A stretch of DNA of 63,563 nt, counting the filler, from Octopus bimaculoides (Eukaryota), in the NCBI RefSeq assembly GCF_001194135.2. It is 8 parts of 8 records of this genome, joined end to end, with 100 filler letters (N's around TTAATTAATTAA, not from the genome) between each part and the next. Parts side by side here need not be neighbours in the genome. Positions count along the whole stretch, not along the records: positions 24,023 to 36,173 come from NC_069002.1; 7 more parts are not named here. One strand, written 5' to 3'. The first letter of the stretch is position 1, and every line of letters begins with the position of its first letter. Below the pieces are notes generated by a model that worked only from the letters and a program-made list of their open reading frames with translations, was not told where the DNA came from and ran no database searches. A program made the position numbers and the translations under genes. Of this stretch, positions 24,780-36,273 are shown one piece after another.

Positions 24780-26690
24780 AGTGAGAAAAGAGCTATGGGC
24801 CAATAGGTCACGTAAATTGCTGGCGCGTACAGAGAAAAGGCGGGCCGGGCTGTGGTGAAGACGAAGGGCGGTAGGGTGGTCGGATACAAATTGGCAGAAA
24901 GTGCGTAATCTAGTTGGAGGACTATTGAGGAGGGATTGTAAGGCGAATGGAAAACGAATACGGGTGGAACGGGCGTGGGAAGAGAGGATGAATGCGCGGT
25001 CAGCACAACAAGCGTGACTAACGACGACTTGGATAACAGTCAGGTGTATTCTCATTGGCTGGAGTGCCAAACCATGTGTTGGGTCTGTGTCTCAGATCCA
25101 TGTTCATCATTACAGAGCCGACGGAGAAGACGGAGCTGAGGTATGGACAGCCTAGTGCTAGTAGGTTAGATTACGCGCGTGCTGCATCTTCCCCAACCAA
25201 TCCCTCCTTTCCTCCAGTGAAGTTGGGGGTAACATTAGCGTAGCATTGGCTTGTAGTGGATGGAAATAGTGAGAGAAGAGTTGTTGATGGCAACGGAAAT
25301 ATGAAGGAAGTTGACACACGCATTGGAATCAGAGCAGGAATATTTGTGGGCGTGGAGGGGAGAATGGATGAGAAAGGACGTGCATTCCTCACCGGAAAGT
25401 GGCCTTGCATCGATACAGTAATCGATGAATCCACCGTAGAGATCGAGATTGAGATCGATAAAGTGAAAATAGGTGGGCGTTAAAATAGCCGACGGACAAC
25501 TTCGCTTAATTAGGTACCGTTCTCATTGCATAGCCAATCCTGAGACATGTTGGTAAAATACTCCGGCGAACGGAAGTAGATTCAGAGAGACGACTAGTTT
25601 GGGCAAACAGAGGTGAGTAAAAGTGCAAAGAGGCTTTCATAATTAGGAATAACAATGCAAAGATACTTTATCTCGGGGACGAATAAGAGTCAGGAAGATT
25701 GAAACCAGAAACACAAGGAATTCAAAAGACAAAGAGCGAAGAACGCAGTAAGTGTTGTGAATGTGTGAGGGAAACGAAGACACGTGGAGTGGGTGGAATT
25801 GGGACAGTGAAATTGGAGACGGTGTGAGGTAAGAGTAGTAGGAGGAAATGATTCCATGAATGAGGTATGGAGGCGGAGGGTAAAGAACAGTAAAACAAGG
25901 TGTCTTGAAGCTTGCAGAGAGCCTTAGCTCCGTAGAGATCTAAACGTCACACAACCACAGCTCCACCCTTGACAGACGGTTTCAAGTGGGGGTTGTCATG
26001 GTGTCGGAGGCAACGGTGGTGGGTAGAAAGTTAGGATAGGGAGGTGTTGAGTTCTCGCGGATTCCTACAAAATATGAAACAGCTTAGGGCGCGGTGGCAA
26101 ACTTTTGCAAACTCATTCACTGCATGGAACTAGCCAGGAATCGTCGTTCGAAACGCGTTGCTGGACAGACTAAGTAGTATGAACCGGAGACCCCTACTAT
26201 AAAGAGAACATTCTGCTTAAGAGAGATGGAGAGAGAAGAAATGGTTACAACAAACAGAAGAGTGGAAATGGTGGACGAATTTAGGTAGATTGACGGAGGG
26301 TGTGTGGGTGCGTTGGCATTGGGCTCGCTGAAGATGCGAAAGGAGGAGACACTAGGTGGGCGTGTCAGTTACAAATGTCGAGAAACTTGGACAGTGCTAG
26401 GCGTTGTCAGAAGTGGAGAAGGGGTGATGTAGTGACATACAGTGGAGCTAGATCATCTGATTAATAGTGTTTGGTTCGAGGAAATATTCGTGGAGAAAGA
26501 AACGAATGATGGAGTGGTCAGAAAGAGAGGAAGAATATAGAATAGACAAGTTAGAGAAAGGGGTCAAAGGGGCGTAGTTTGGAGAGATTAGATTGGGTGC
26601 AAGCATGTATATGGCGGCGAGAAGTGGGATGGAGGATAGTTTCAATGGAGGAGGCAGTGTAAGAGATGGAGTAGCGGTAGAGATGTAAGC
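24780..26690 (-). mobile_element. Penelope-like element RT, decayed, without visible endonuclease
   Basis: Minus-strand translation: YGGFIDYCIDA (catalytic FIDD decayed to FIDY), VNFLHISVAINNSSLTISIHYKP, LSIPQLRLLRRLCNDE, RASNLRDLLAHSS, all typical PLE RT/thumb motifs. Confidence 0.85.
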
Positions 26691-27074
26691 AACTCTACAC
26701 TCTGAATTTTCCCTCTTTTTTTTTTTCCTTATCCAACGTACTATCTGGTAGCGTCCTAATCTCCAACGGTTTTTTCAAATGAATTACGTTATAACCTTAT
26801 CCAACTATAGTTCTCATACNNNNNNNNNNNNNNNNNNNNNNNNNNNNNNNNNNNNNNNNNNNNNNNNNNNNNNNNNNNNNNNNNNNNNNNNNNNNNNNNN
26901 NNNNNNNNNNNNNNNNNNNNNNNNNNNNNNNNNNNNNNNNNNNNNNNNNNNNNNNNNNNNNNNNNNNNNNNNNNNNNNNNNNNNNNNNNNNNNNNNNNNN
27001 NNNNNNNNNNNNNNNNNNNNNNNNNNNNNNNNNNNNNNNNNNNNNNATATATATATACATGCGTATTTAAATAC

Positions 27075-27390
27075 ATGGGGAAGAAGACAATTGCTGACCT
27101 TCAGGAACATTGTGCGCTCTAAGACTAACATATTTTATATTTGCGGCTCCGTTGGAGGCTAATGAGCCCCGTTCTTGGCAAGCATACATGACTGCAAACA
27201 TTGCAAACCAAGCTTTCCTCATTCACTACACTACCAGTGCACTTTCGAGCAGCAAGCTTAAATTCTTCATGAAGATTACATGCTTTTTCAAAGGTGTCGA
27301 ACTACCCCACTTAACCAGCATCCTCCATCTGTGGCGATGACACGCATTGCCCTCCCAGTCGGTCTTCTGCACATCACAGACCTTTAATGA
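27075..27390 (-). mobile_element. RTE-clade LINE 3' fragment
   Basis: LKVCDVQKTDWEGNACHRHRWRMLVKWG, then LVCNVCSHVCLPRTGLISLQRSRK (RTE C-terminal C..C motif); UTR matches 10660-10775. Confidence 0.75.
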
Positions 27391-27821
27391 GAATTTTTTC
27401 AGTCATATTTTTATTTTGATTATTATTAATATCTACGTTTGTAGAAATAAGTATTCTTGTATTTTCTATTATTCAATTGATTATTAATGATAATTAAATA
27501 AACGTGTTTAGTTTTAACTAGTATAGCTTTAACTATTACACCGGTTTAATATGTACTAATATTATCTTTATTATTATTTTAACCTTAAACTTCGTTCAAA
27601 TTGTATTTAAAACGAAAGTAATTTATGAAAGCTGTTTTTGTTTATAATATACATGTTAGCATATATTATAATGGATGTAGGGATGATTATGGAATGTTTA
27701 TTATTTTGATATTTTTAATAACTTTTCTATCTTTATAAAATAAGTATTTTATATAAATTCATTTGGTACTTATTGTTGGTTGATATATATATTTATTTAT
27801 TATAATTATTGTTCTATTTAA

Positions 27822-27935
27822 GACCTGACGATTAGCTTTATTTTTGAATAGATTTTATTTTCGATAATTTCAATTGATTTTAATCGATTTAAATTTCCTT
27901 TCTATTTGAAAATTAGTTATGAAACACTTGTAGTC
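27822..27935 (+). ncRNA. Candidate minimal type I hammerhead ribozyme motif
   Basis: GAC-CTGACGA-(T TAGC..long AT-rich stem II..GTTA T)-GAAAC-ACTT-GTA-GTC: both core boxes, a 3-bp stem I (GAC/GTC), minimal stem III and a GUA cleavage triplet; U-U mismatch at the base of stem II. Confidence 0.45.
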
Positions 27936-28024
27936 ATTTTATTATCTTTATCTTATGATATTTACTTTGTATTATGTTATACTCATTTAATGTGCTTTTA
28001 ATTAAGTGGTTATACACCATTAGG

Positions 28025-28331
28025 TGTATACCCGCTTCCGTACATTAAATTTCTTGAAGAAACAACGGAACGCAGATTCTGAACTATCAACACAACAATA
28101 TTTATTTACAGAGGAAATAGGCAGCACTTCGCCCTTTTGTTGGAGAGAGGTGCTTCGATGTCTGGGCCCTTCGTCGGCCGGCGAGAAAGAGAATGAAAAA
28201 CCACGAGAAGCTTGGATATCGATGACTACGCATGCGCATGAAACTCTTCCTGTGTTCCTTCCGGAACTAGTCCCTGCGCATGCGTGGATAAGCTTTCCGG
28301 AAATGTCGTCTGCTATTAAGGTGTCACTACA
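28025..28331 (-). mobile_element. Possible solo LTR (~307 bp)
   Basis: TGTA...TACA termini (TGTAGTGACACC on minus strand), AATAAA about 60 bp from the minus-strand end, CpG-rich body; no TSD found. Confidence 0.4.
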
Positions 28332-28439
28332 AAAGTATTCGTACAGAATAAATGTATGAGTTTCTATGCCACAAAATACTGTTAAAATATTTTTTTTGTT
28401 TACTAGAACTTTCTCGTTTGTTCCAATAATCTTATCAGT

Positions 28440-29734
28440 GGTCATTTTTAAGTGTCAAAACGCCAGCTTCTTTTTTCAGCACTGAGACCATAAAGTTGTG
28501 TCGTAATAATGGCGAAAAGTAAAGAAGTCACAAATTCAGTGAAAAACTTAATTATTGAACAGTGGAAAGCAGATAAAAGTTACAGGAAAATATCAGAGAC
28601 CCTTTGTATTCCATTTTCTACCATATCTTCATTTATTCAAAGATATAAAAAAAAAATCGGGAACTGGTGAAAACAGAATAAGATCCGGTGCACCACGCAA
28701 GATTTCCCCTAGATCTTTAAGAAAAATGAAGTGAAGTATCGAAAAAAACGCAATCATCACCAGAAAGGAGTTGCAAGAAGATTTGCTAGCTTCAGGGACT
28801 AGTGTTACACTACGAACAATCAGCAATGAACTGAAGTCATGCTCTCCAAGAAAAACATCACTGTTGACTAAAAGGCGTAGAGATGTCCGTTTAAAATTTG
28901 TTTATGAACATAAAGATAAATCTGATACATTCTGAGAAAATGTTCTTTGGACAGACGAGTCGAAAATTGAATTGTTTGGACGAAATTCGTGTAGCCATGT
29001 TTGGAGGAAAGATGGTACCACCTATTCGCCGAAAAACACAATTCTTACTGTAAAGTTTGGAGGTGGCAACAGCATTGTCTAGGGGTGTTTCTCTGCAAAT
29101 GGCACAGCAATTTGCATGTGATAAATGGTAGAACGAATGCAGAGATGTACCAAAATATTTTGAACAACAAATTATGGGACTCTGTAGAAAAATTTCCAGC
29201 TTCGTGAAGGGTGGGTTTTACAACAGAATAACGACCCTAAGCACACGGCGAAGTCTACCAAAAATTGATTGTCAATGACAATAAAAAATTATTAGAATGG
29301 CCAAGCCAGTCACCTGACTTGAACACCATTGAAAATTTGTGGCGTTATTAGAAAATTAAAATTCATTCAAGAGCTCTAATGTGCATTCCAGATTTGAAGA
29401 AAATTTGTCAAGAAGAATGGGAAAAAATTCCTAAAGAAACATGCGATTCATTGATTAAGAAATGCAAGAATAGATTGGTTGAAGTGGAACTGAATAATGA
29501 TTATGCTACGAAGTATTAAATCAAAATTATCAGTTACTTATGTTCTGTAGGAATACTTTTTCACCCCAAAATTTTTGTATATAAATTCATTAGTTACTAT
29601 AATTTATTAGTTTCTTTTGCATATTCTTAGTTTATGTATGTGTATGCAAATATAGTATTGGTATATCCCATTTATGTTCATTAGAAATTAAATAAATAAA
29701 GAATTTTGATATGTCCGAATATTTATCCCCCCCC
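28440..29734 (+). mobile_element. Tc1-like (DD34E) transposon; transposase pseudogene 28509-29519
   Basis: [77 protein letters not shown], ..YATKY*; several stops. The probable right TIR (GAATATTTATCCCCCCCC) runs into the gap. Confidence 0.95.
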
Positions 29735-30299
29735 NNNNNNNNNNNNNNNNNNNNNNNNNNNNNNNNNNNNNNNNNNNNNNNNNNNNNNNNNNNNNNNNNN
29801 NNNNNNNNNNNNNNNNNNNNNNNNNNNNNNNNNNNNNNNNNNNNNNNNNNNNNNNNNNNNNNNNNNNNNNNNNNNNNNNNNNNNNNNNNNNNNNNNNNNN
29901 NNNNNNNNNNNNNNNNNNNNNNNNNNNNNNNNNNNNNNNNNNNNNNNNNNNNNNNNNNNNNNNNNNNNNNNNNNNNNNNNNNNNNNNNNNNNNNNNNNNN
30001 NNNNNNNNNNNNNNNNNNNNNNNNNNNNNNNNNNNNNNNNNNNNNNNNNNNNNNNNNNNNNNNNNNNNNNNNNNNNNNNNNNNNNNNNNNNNNNNNNNNN
30101 NNNNNNNNNNNNNNNNNNNNNNNNNNNNNNNNNNNNNNNNNNNNNNNNNNNNNNATATATATATATATATATAAGTATATATAATAGAAATATGTTACAA
30201 AAACAAAATAGAAACTACACGTGGGAATGTAAGGGCAAAAAGAAGAAAAATAAGCGAAAATGCACATTGGAAATCAAAAAAGTAAAGGCTTTTTATGAA

Positions 30300-33034
30300 A
30301 AGTAACGATAGATATATACAATTAGATGAAGCATTTTGCTTTTGTTAAAAGTAATAAAAGTCATTATTGTGAATTGTTAGAGATTCAAAAGCATACCGCT
30401 TTCTAGATCTATAATGTGAATGGTGTATGGTTTGTATGGGTGTTAGTGGTATTAAATGAAAGGTTAGTAGTGTTCTGTATCATTTTATGTGTTCATATTT
30501 AGTTGTGAAAGATATTTATTGATGAGAGTTGCCTTTTTATTCATTCTTTGTTGTGTTGAGGTTTTCTGTGAACATTGATAGAAGAGAAAAATTAAGAAAT
30601 TAGGATTAAGATTCCTCGCACACCTTTCTCTGTGTCCACTTACCTGCATCTGTCTGTATTGTAGGTGGCGGATTTATTCTTTGTCGAGAGTGGTTCTTCT
30701 ACGGAGTGATATTCTTGTTTGGCCAATATAATTATTACCACACCTTAAGCATATAATGGCATAGATTAGATTTTCCGAGGCACAGGTGAAATTTGTTTTA
30801 ATCTTAAATATTTTACCTTGTTTAAAGTGGAACTCTGAACCCTCCAAAAGGTAGGAGCATGTACCACAGTTAGGTCGACAACATTTTTTCACTTTTGCTT
30901 CCGTTGTTAATGTATATAGTCTGGCACTGGTTAATATTTTTTCAATGATTTAGGTTGCATTTTGCTTTTGATAATTTTGTGTGAGCCTAAAGTTTTGTTC
31001 ATTGTTTTATTTCTTGTGAGGATGGGTAGATTTTGGATGATAATGTTAAATGATTCGTGGTTTCTAGGGTTATGTGTGGAGATGTATGGGAGTATTTTTA
31101 AGTCTGGTTTAATATTTCGGTTGACTTCCCTTAACGTTCGTATGTCTATTTCCTTAGCTCGTTTAATTTCATCATTTATTAATGATATTGGGTAATGTCT
31201 TTTGGTTAGTATTGATCTGAGTTCAAAAAGTCTTCGTTCACGAATATAGGTGTCCGAAACTATGGCAAAGTTTCTTTTCGCTAGATTATAAAGTATATTA
31301 ATTTTTATGAGTTTGGGGCGGCATGGAGTTGAATAATAGGTATTGTTTAGAATATGTGGGCTTATAGAAGATGTCTGCTTCGATGTTTAATTAGGCTGTC
31401 AAGAAAAGGGAGTTATTTACTGCTGTGTTCTATGGTGAATTGTATGTTGTTATTAATATTGTTAAGCATTATTTTGAAATCGAAGTGTTTGTCCATGCTG
31501 TCTTTCCAAAGTATAAATCAATCGTCCAGATACCTCTTCTAGTCCTCCTTTAGATAGCAATGAATAGAAGTGCTATATTTTTGTAGTGATGATTGATATA
31601 TATTAAGCTCTGGGTAAACCATTACAAGGTTCATAATCACTGGAGCAGCTCGGGTTCCCATTGAATTCCACATTTTTGTCGATAGTAAACTGTATCGAAC
31701 ATGCAATAGTTGTACAGTAGGTTGAATTTGAGTGCTGCGATTATGAATCTGTAGTTGATGCATCCCGGGATCTCTTGTGTGTATTTTTCTAGCCAGATGT
31801 GATCGCTTCTATACCATAATTGTGTGGGATATTGGTGTACAAGTTCACCTCATCGAATGGTACTAACAGAGTTCCTTCATTTATTGCCTTCGGTGAGTGG
31901 TTAAGTATGTGTAAGTCATCCCTGATGAAGCTTTTCACATATTTTAGAAACGGTTTGAGTAAGATGTCGAGGAAGTTGCTCGAACGGTGGGTTTGACAAG
32001 CAGGTCCAGCAATGATGTGTCTCAGTTTGAGGTCGGTAGGAGGAGGAACATTAATGCACAGGCTTGGAGAAACTTTCCAAGCTTTACAATTATGTGGATT
32101 TTTGTGTATTTTAGGTAATCCGTAGAATAGACTAGGTCTGTATTTAAAATTGGATAAATAGTAAATTTCATGCTTAGTGAGGCCTGTTCCGTGTATTTGA
32201 AGTAAAGAGGATAAGTTTTTAAGTGTCTTCTGTGGGTTGAATTGTACTACCATCTCATAGTAAATATTATTTTCCAACATAGAGAGTATTAACTTTCTGT
32301 AATACTCTGTGTCCATCACCACTGCCGTAATTCCTTTGTGGGTTTCTTTAATGGTGAGGTTTATATCAGGTTTTAACTCGATTAGGTCTTTCCATTCATT
32401 TACATTAAGGTTGGATTTAATTCGTTGTTCTTCGTAGGTTATTAAAAGGAAAACTGGTAATGTGTTCACAAAAATCATCAAGTGCTTTATTTCTGCCTTT
32501 TGCAGGACAGTATTCACTTTTCTTTTTTACTATTGACTCATCTTCGCTGGTGTAGTTGTGAAGGGCTTCTGTGAGGCGTAATTTTCGGCGGAAATCCATA
32601 GTGTTATCCTTAATTTCATTCGGGTTCGATCTACGAGTGGTTGCAGTAAACTTTAAACTTCTTGCTAGAATTTTAGTTTGTGTAATACTTAGGATTATTT
32701 TCGGTTGTTCTTGTAAATTTTGTTCCATTTCATATCTGTTTCTCTGATTCAGGTCTAAAAAATGGTTGTAGAAGTGGATTGTTGTGGAAAGTCTGTATTG
32801 TGTTTGGTTTGCTGAGGAGAAAATGGGTGTAAAGAGTGTATGTTGTAGTATGTTTGTGGTGGAGTGAATGTGGAACGGGCTGGATTATGGTTATACTGAA
32901 GGTTGTCATATTGTCTATGGTTGAGGTGGTTTGGGTTAGATTTATTTTTAATATTGTAATGTGGGTGGAGGGAGAAGTTATGTTGTCTAGTTAGCTTGTG
33001 TCTAGTTGAGTGATTGAAGTAACCATGTTGAGGG

Positions 33035-33050
<16 letters not shown>
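30300..33050 (-). mobile_element. Near full-length Penelope-like element (RT + Cys-rich linker + GIY-YIG), frameshifted
   Basis: FYGLPKIHK, LRHIIAGPACQT, FDEVNLYTNIPHNYGIEAI, MGTRAAP, and CCRPNCGTC..FTCASENLIYAIICLRCGNNYIGQT. Confidence 0.95.
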
Positions 33051-33069
<19 letters not shown>

Positions 33070-33723
33070 CATAAAAGGAATTTCACCTCTGTCAGACAGA
33101 GTTTGAATTCCTTTTAGTAATGTATTCTTCTATACACAATCATACATACGTAAACAACATGAAATACTTAAACAAATTTCGGTATGCGAACAACGAGTGA
33201 AACAAATGGAAAACAGGAAAAGTAACATAAAGAACAACCCTTCATCAGCTGTCGGCTGCCTCTCTACTCCTCATTTCGAGCATTGAACGACAATATGAGA
33301 CTCCGAAAGGCAGTTGCACCCACGAACCAAAATAAAATTTGGGATTTGCCAAGTTTCAAATTTGGTAACAAAACAGGACAGAGGTGGCATACAACAAGCC
33401 AAACGAAAACAAACACGGAGGGCCGTTAGGCCAGACAAGGTAAAGTAGAGAGAGAGAGAGAGAGAGAGAAAGAAAGAGAGACAGACAAAGACAGAGACAG
33501 ACAGAGACAGACAGAGACAGACAGAGAGAGAAAGAGAGAGAAGGAGATAGTTGTTAGGATCTCATCGACTCATAGAACAGGTTCCTCACTCAGACAGATT
33601 ACGGATGTCACACATGCAACAGAAAATGAACCACAACTCAGAAGAAAACGGGAATAGACTAATGACCCACTTCAACCCACCACACCATGCAATCTACCAA
33701 CGAAAGAAAGAAAAATAAATGAA

Positions 33724-33758
<35 letters not shown>

Positions 33759-34030
33759 AAGGCAGGGGTAGAAACACTGTGATTTACTTTGCAATATACA
33801 CGCAAACAAGATGAACATATATAGACCAAACAGACATACGCAGTGATGCAAATACAAGCACAGACACAGATACATTCTAGAGAAAGACAAAATAGAATAG
33901 ACAGAAGAATATAAGAGAGAAGAGGAGAGACAAAGGAGAGAAAGCCGTTGAACGGCTCACAGAATGTGTGATGAAAGAACTCCGACAGAGAATTTAATAA
34001 TGCTTGGAAAGAAATAATAATAATAATGCG
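33070..34030 (-). repeat. Probable pseudo-LTR / 5' region of the adjacent Penelope element, with degenerate hammerhead boxes
   Basis: Lies directly upstream of the ORF on the same strand; minus strand carries CTCGAAATGAGGAGTA (33280-33265), CTGATGAAGG (33248-33239) and CCGAAA (33182-33177). Confidence 0.4.
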
Positions 34031-34180
34031 TATGCTTATTGTCAAACTGACACCCACAAGTATAACAATATCTGTTTCAGCAGATTTCAGATCAAGAATC
34101 TTGCATGGCAAGTAAATAAACGTATATGTATATGCATGTGTGTGTGTGTGTGTATGTGCGTGTGTGTATGTACGTGTGTG

Positions 34181-34217
<37 letters not shown>

Positions 34218-35084
34218 ATGCCTCTTCCCGGCAGAAATCCTCTTTAGAACAGTATCGATTTTCTGCTTCTTTTTGGATTCGCGATCAGGAAATTGATAGA
34301 ATCCTTTTGATTCGCTGATACTTGTATTTCGGTAACATATTAACCTATAATGGTGGGGAGGGAAGGTTCGTATATTCTAGTATATTACGTATTTTTCGAT
34401 CATTCGATTTTATGTGTAGCCGCAATGACACAACACATTATACACAAATTGCTTTTTAAATCCACTAACAACTCGATATCTGGTGACTCTTTTCCTTTTC
34501 TCAGAAATCGACAATGTCTATGTCAGCAGACTGCTTGTAGGTTGGTATTCGTGTTGCTACGGTTCTTGTGATGCTTATATCACAGATATCGTCTTATACT
34601 ATAACTGCACTCAGTACTTCTGATATAAAGGCCCAAACGATACAGCCAATACCACCATCGATTTTTTATCTACACCCGCAGTATGGTATATTAATATAGA
34701 TCCGTATCAGTCGTAGTGTCGCTAACTTTTCTTCTTTCCATCTCTCGTATTTCCATTCTTCCTTTTCATCTTGCGTCTTTTTTCTCTTTTCTTCTGATGT
34801 TAACATTTGGATTTTAAGAATCAAATATTATTCACTTCACTCCAAAACATGACTATTTCTGCCATATTTCACTCGCTTCTCATCTTTTAGGACGTGATTA
34901 GCGCAAAGTTAATACAAAATATTTTGTTTGCTTAACTCCACAATAAAACATCGTAAAGTGTTTCCCCCGCATACAGCCACTGCGCAATAAGTGGAATAAA
35001 TATATAAAAAGGAATATATTAGAAAAATATATCATGATAATTAGGAAACCAGTGAAATATAAGATAACACAGGAAATAATCCTT

Positions 35085-35290
35085 TCTACTAAAGGCACAA
35101 GACATAACATTTTGTGGGGCGTGGAGGTACTCGTCGATTATATCGACCCTCGGTATTTTACTGGTACATAATTTATCGACCAAAAAGAATTTGAGCAAAG
35201 TCGACCTCGGCATAAGTTGAACTGAGAATGTACAGACAGATGAAATGTCTCTAAACACTTTGCTCAGCGTGCTAACGATTCTGCCATTAA
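35085..35290 (-). mobile_element. SINE family B
   Basis: GTCGATTATATCGACCC..AAAGTCGACCTCGGC..GCTAACGATTCTGCCA. Confidence 0.8.
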
Positions 35291-35858
35291 ATAATGTAGC
35301 TGATGGTCACACATTTAAGATTATTCTCGTTCGCCAAATTGAATGTATGCTATACTGGAAACAAATACGAAAAACTCACCTTATTTACAGTTACAGCACA
35401 AAAGCAAAATGTCGTCTATAATATCACCTCAAACATAATCAAAAACATTAGTCACTTTTTTCTGAATTTGATTTCTAAGGATGGTAACCGACAGACTCAC
35501 GAAATTTTGGGTTAGCATAATGAAGGGTGATTTATCGGTAAAAGTAAAAATCAAAGCTTTACTGCATATACAAAAATCATCACAGGTCTTATGAGCAGGA
35601 CGGAAAATAACCTTTAGTGTGAAGGCCAAAACATTAGGAGAAATTAATATTGCAAATCAATAAGTAGTGTAGTGATAATATATTTAACACTTGAACAATT
35701 TCCCCTCCAACAGATTAGTTATGACTCGAGAAACTATTGACACGTTAAGGTTCGAATAGATAGCTAGAGTTAGAGTGAAAGAGAAGGATAGTGTGAATGA
35801 GAGTGAGAGACTGGTAGTGTGTTTGTGTGTGTGTGAGAGAGAGAGAGAGAGAGGGGGG

Positions 35859-35905
<47 letters not shown>

Positions 35906-36173
35906 TGAAAGAGAGAGAGAGGTGGACGAGGGATATAAAGTAGAGGTATCAGATATTCTGAATTGTAATTCATCACTTTATGTATGAACAGGCTTGAGGC
36001 TTTCCGAGCAATGCAATTACACTTACAACCCTCCCACACACACATGTATATATGTGTGCGCATGAATTTGCGTGTATGTGTGTGTATATACATACTTATA
36101 TATTTATATATATATGAATATATTTATATATATGTATATTTGTATATATGTATATATATATATATATATATAT

Positions 36174-36273
36174 NNNNNNNNNNNNNNNNNNNNNNNNNNN
36201 NNNNNNNNNNNNNNNNNTTAATTAATTAANNNNNNNNNNNNNNNNNNNNNNNNNNNNNNNNNNNNNNNNNNNN
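36174..36273. other. Artificial scaffold linker
   Basis: 44 N + TTAATTAATTAA + 44 N. Confidence 0.95.

Noticed and set aside
35370-35480. Minus-strand exon ending AAG|GTGAGT
   Set aside because: Stops in all three frames from each plausible acceptor; no other support.
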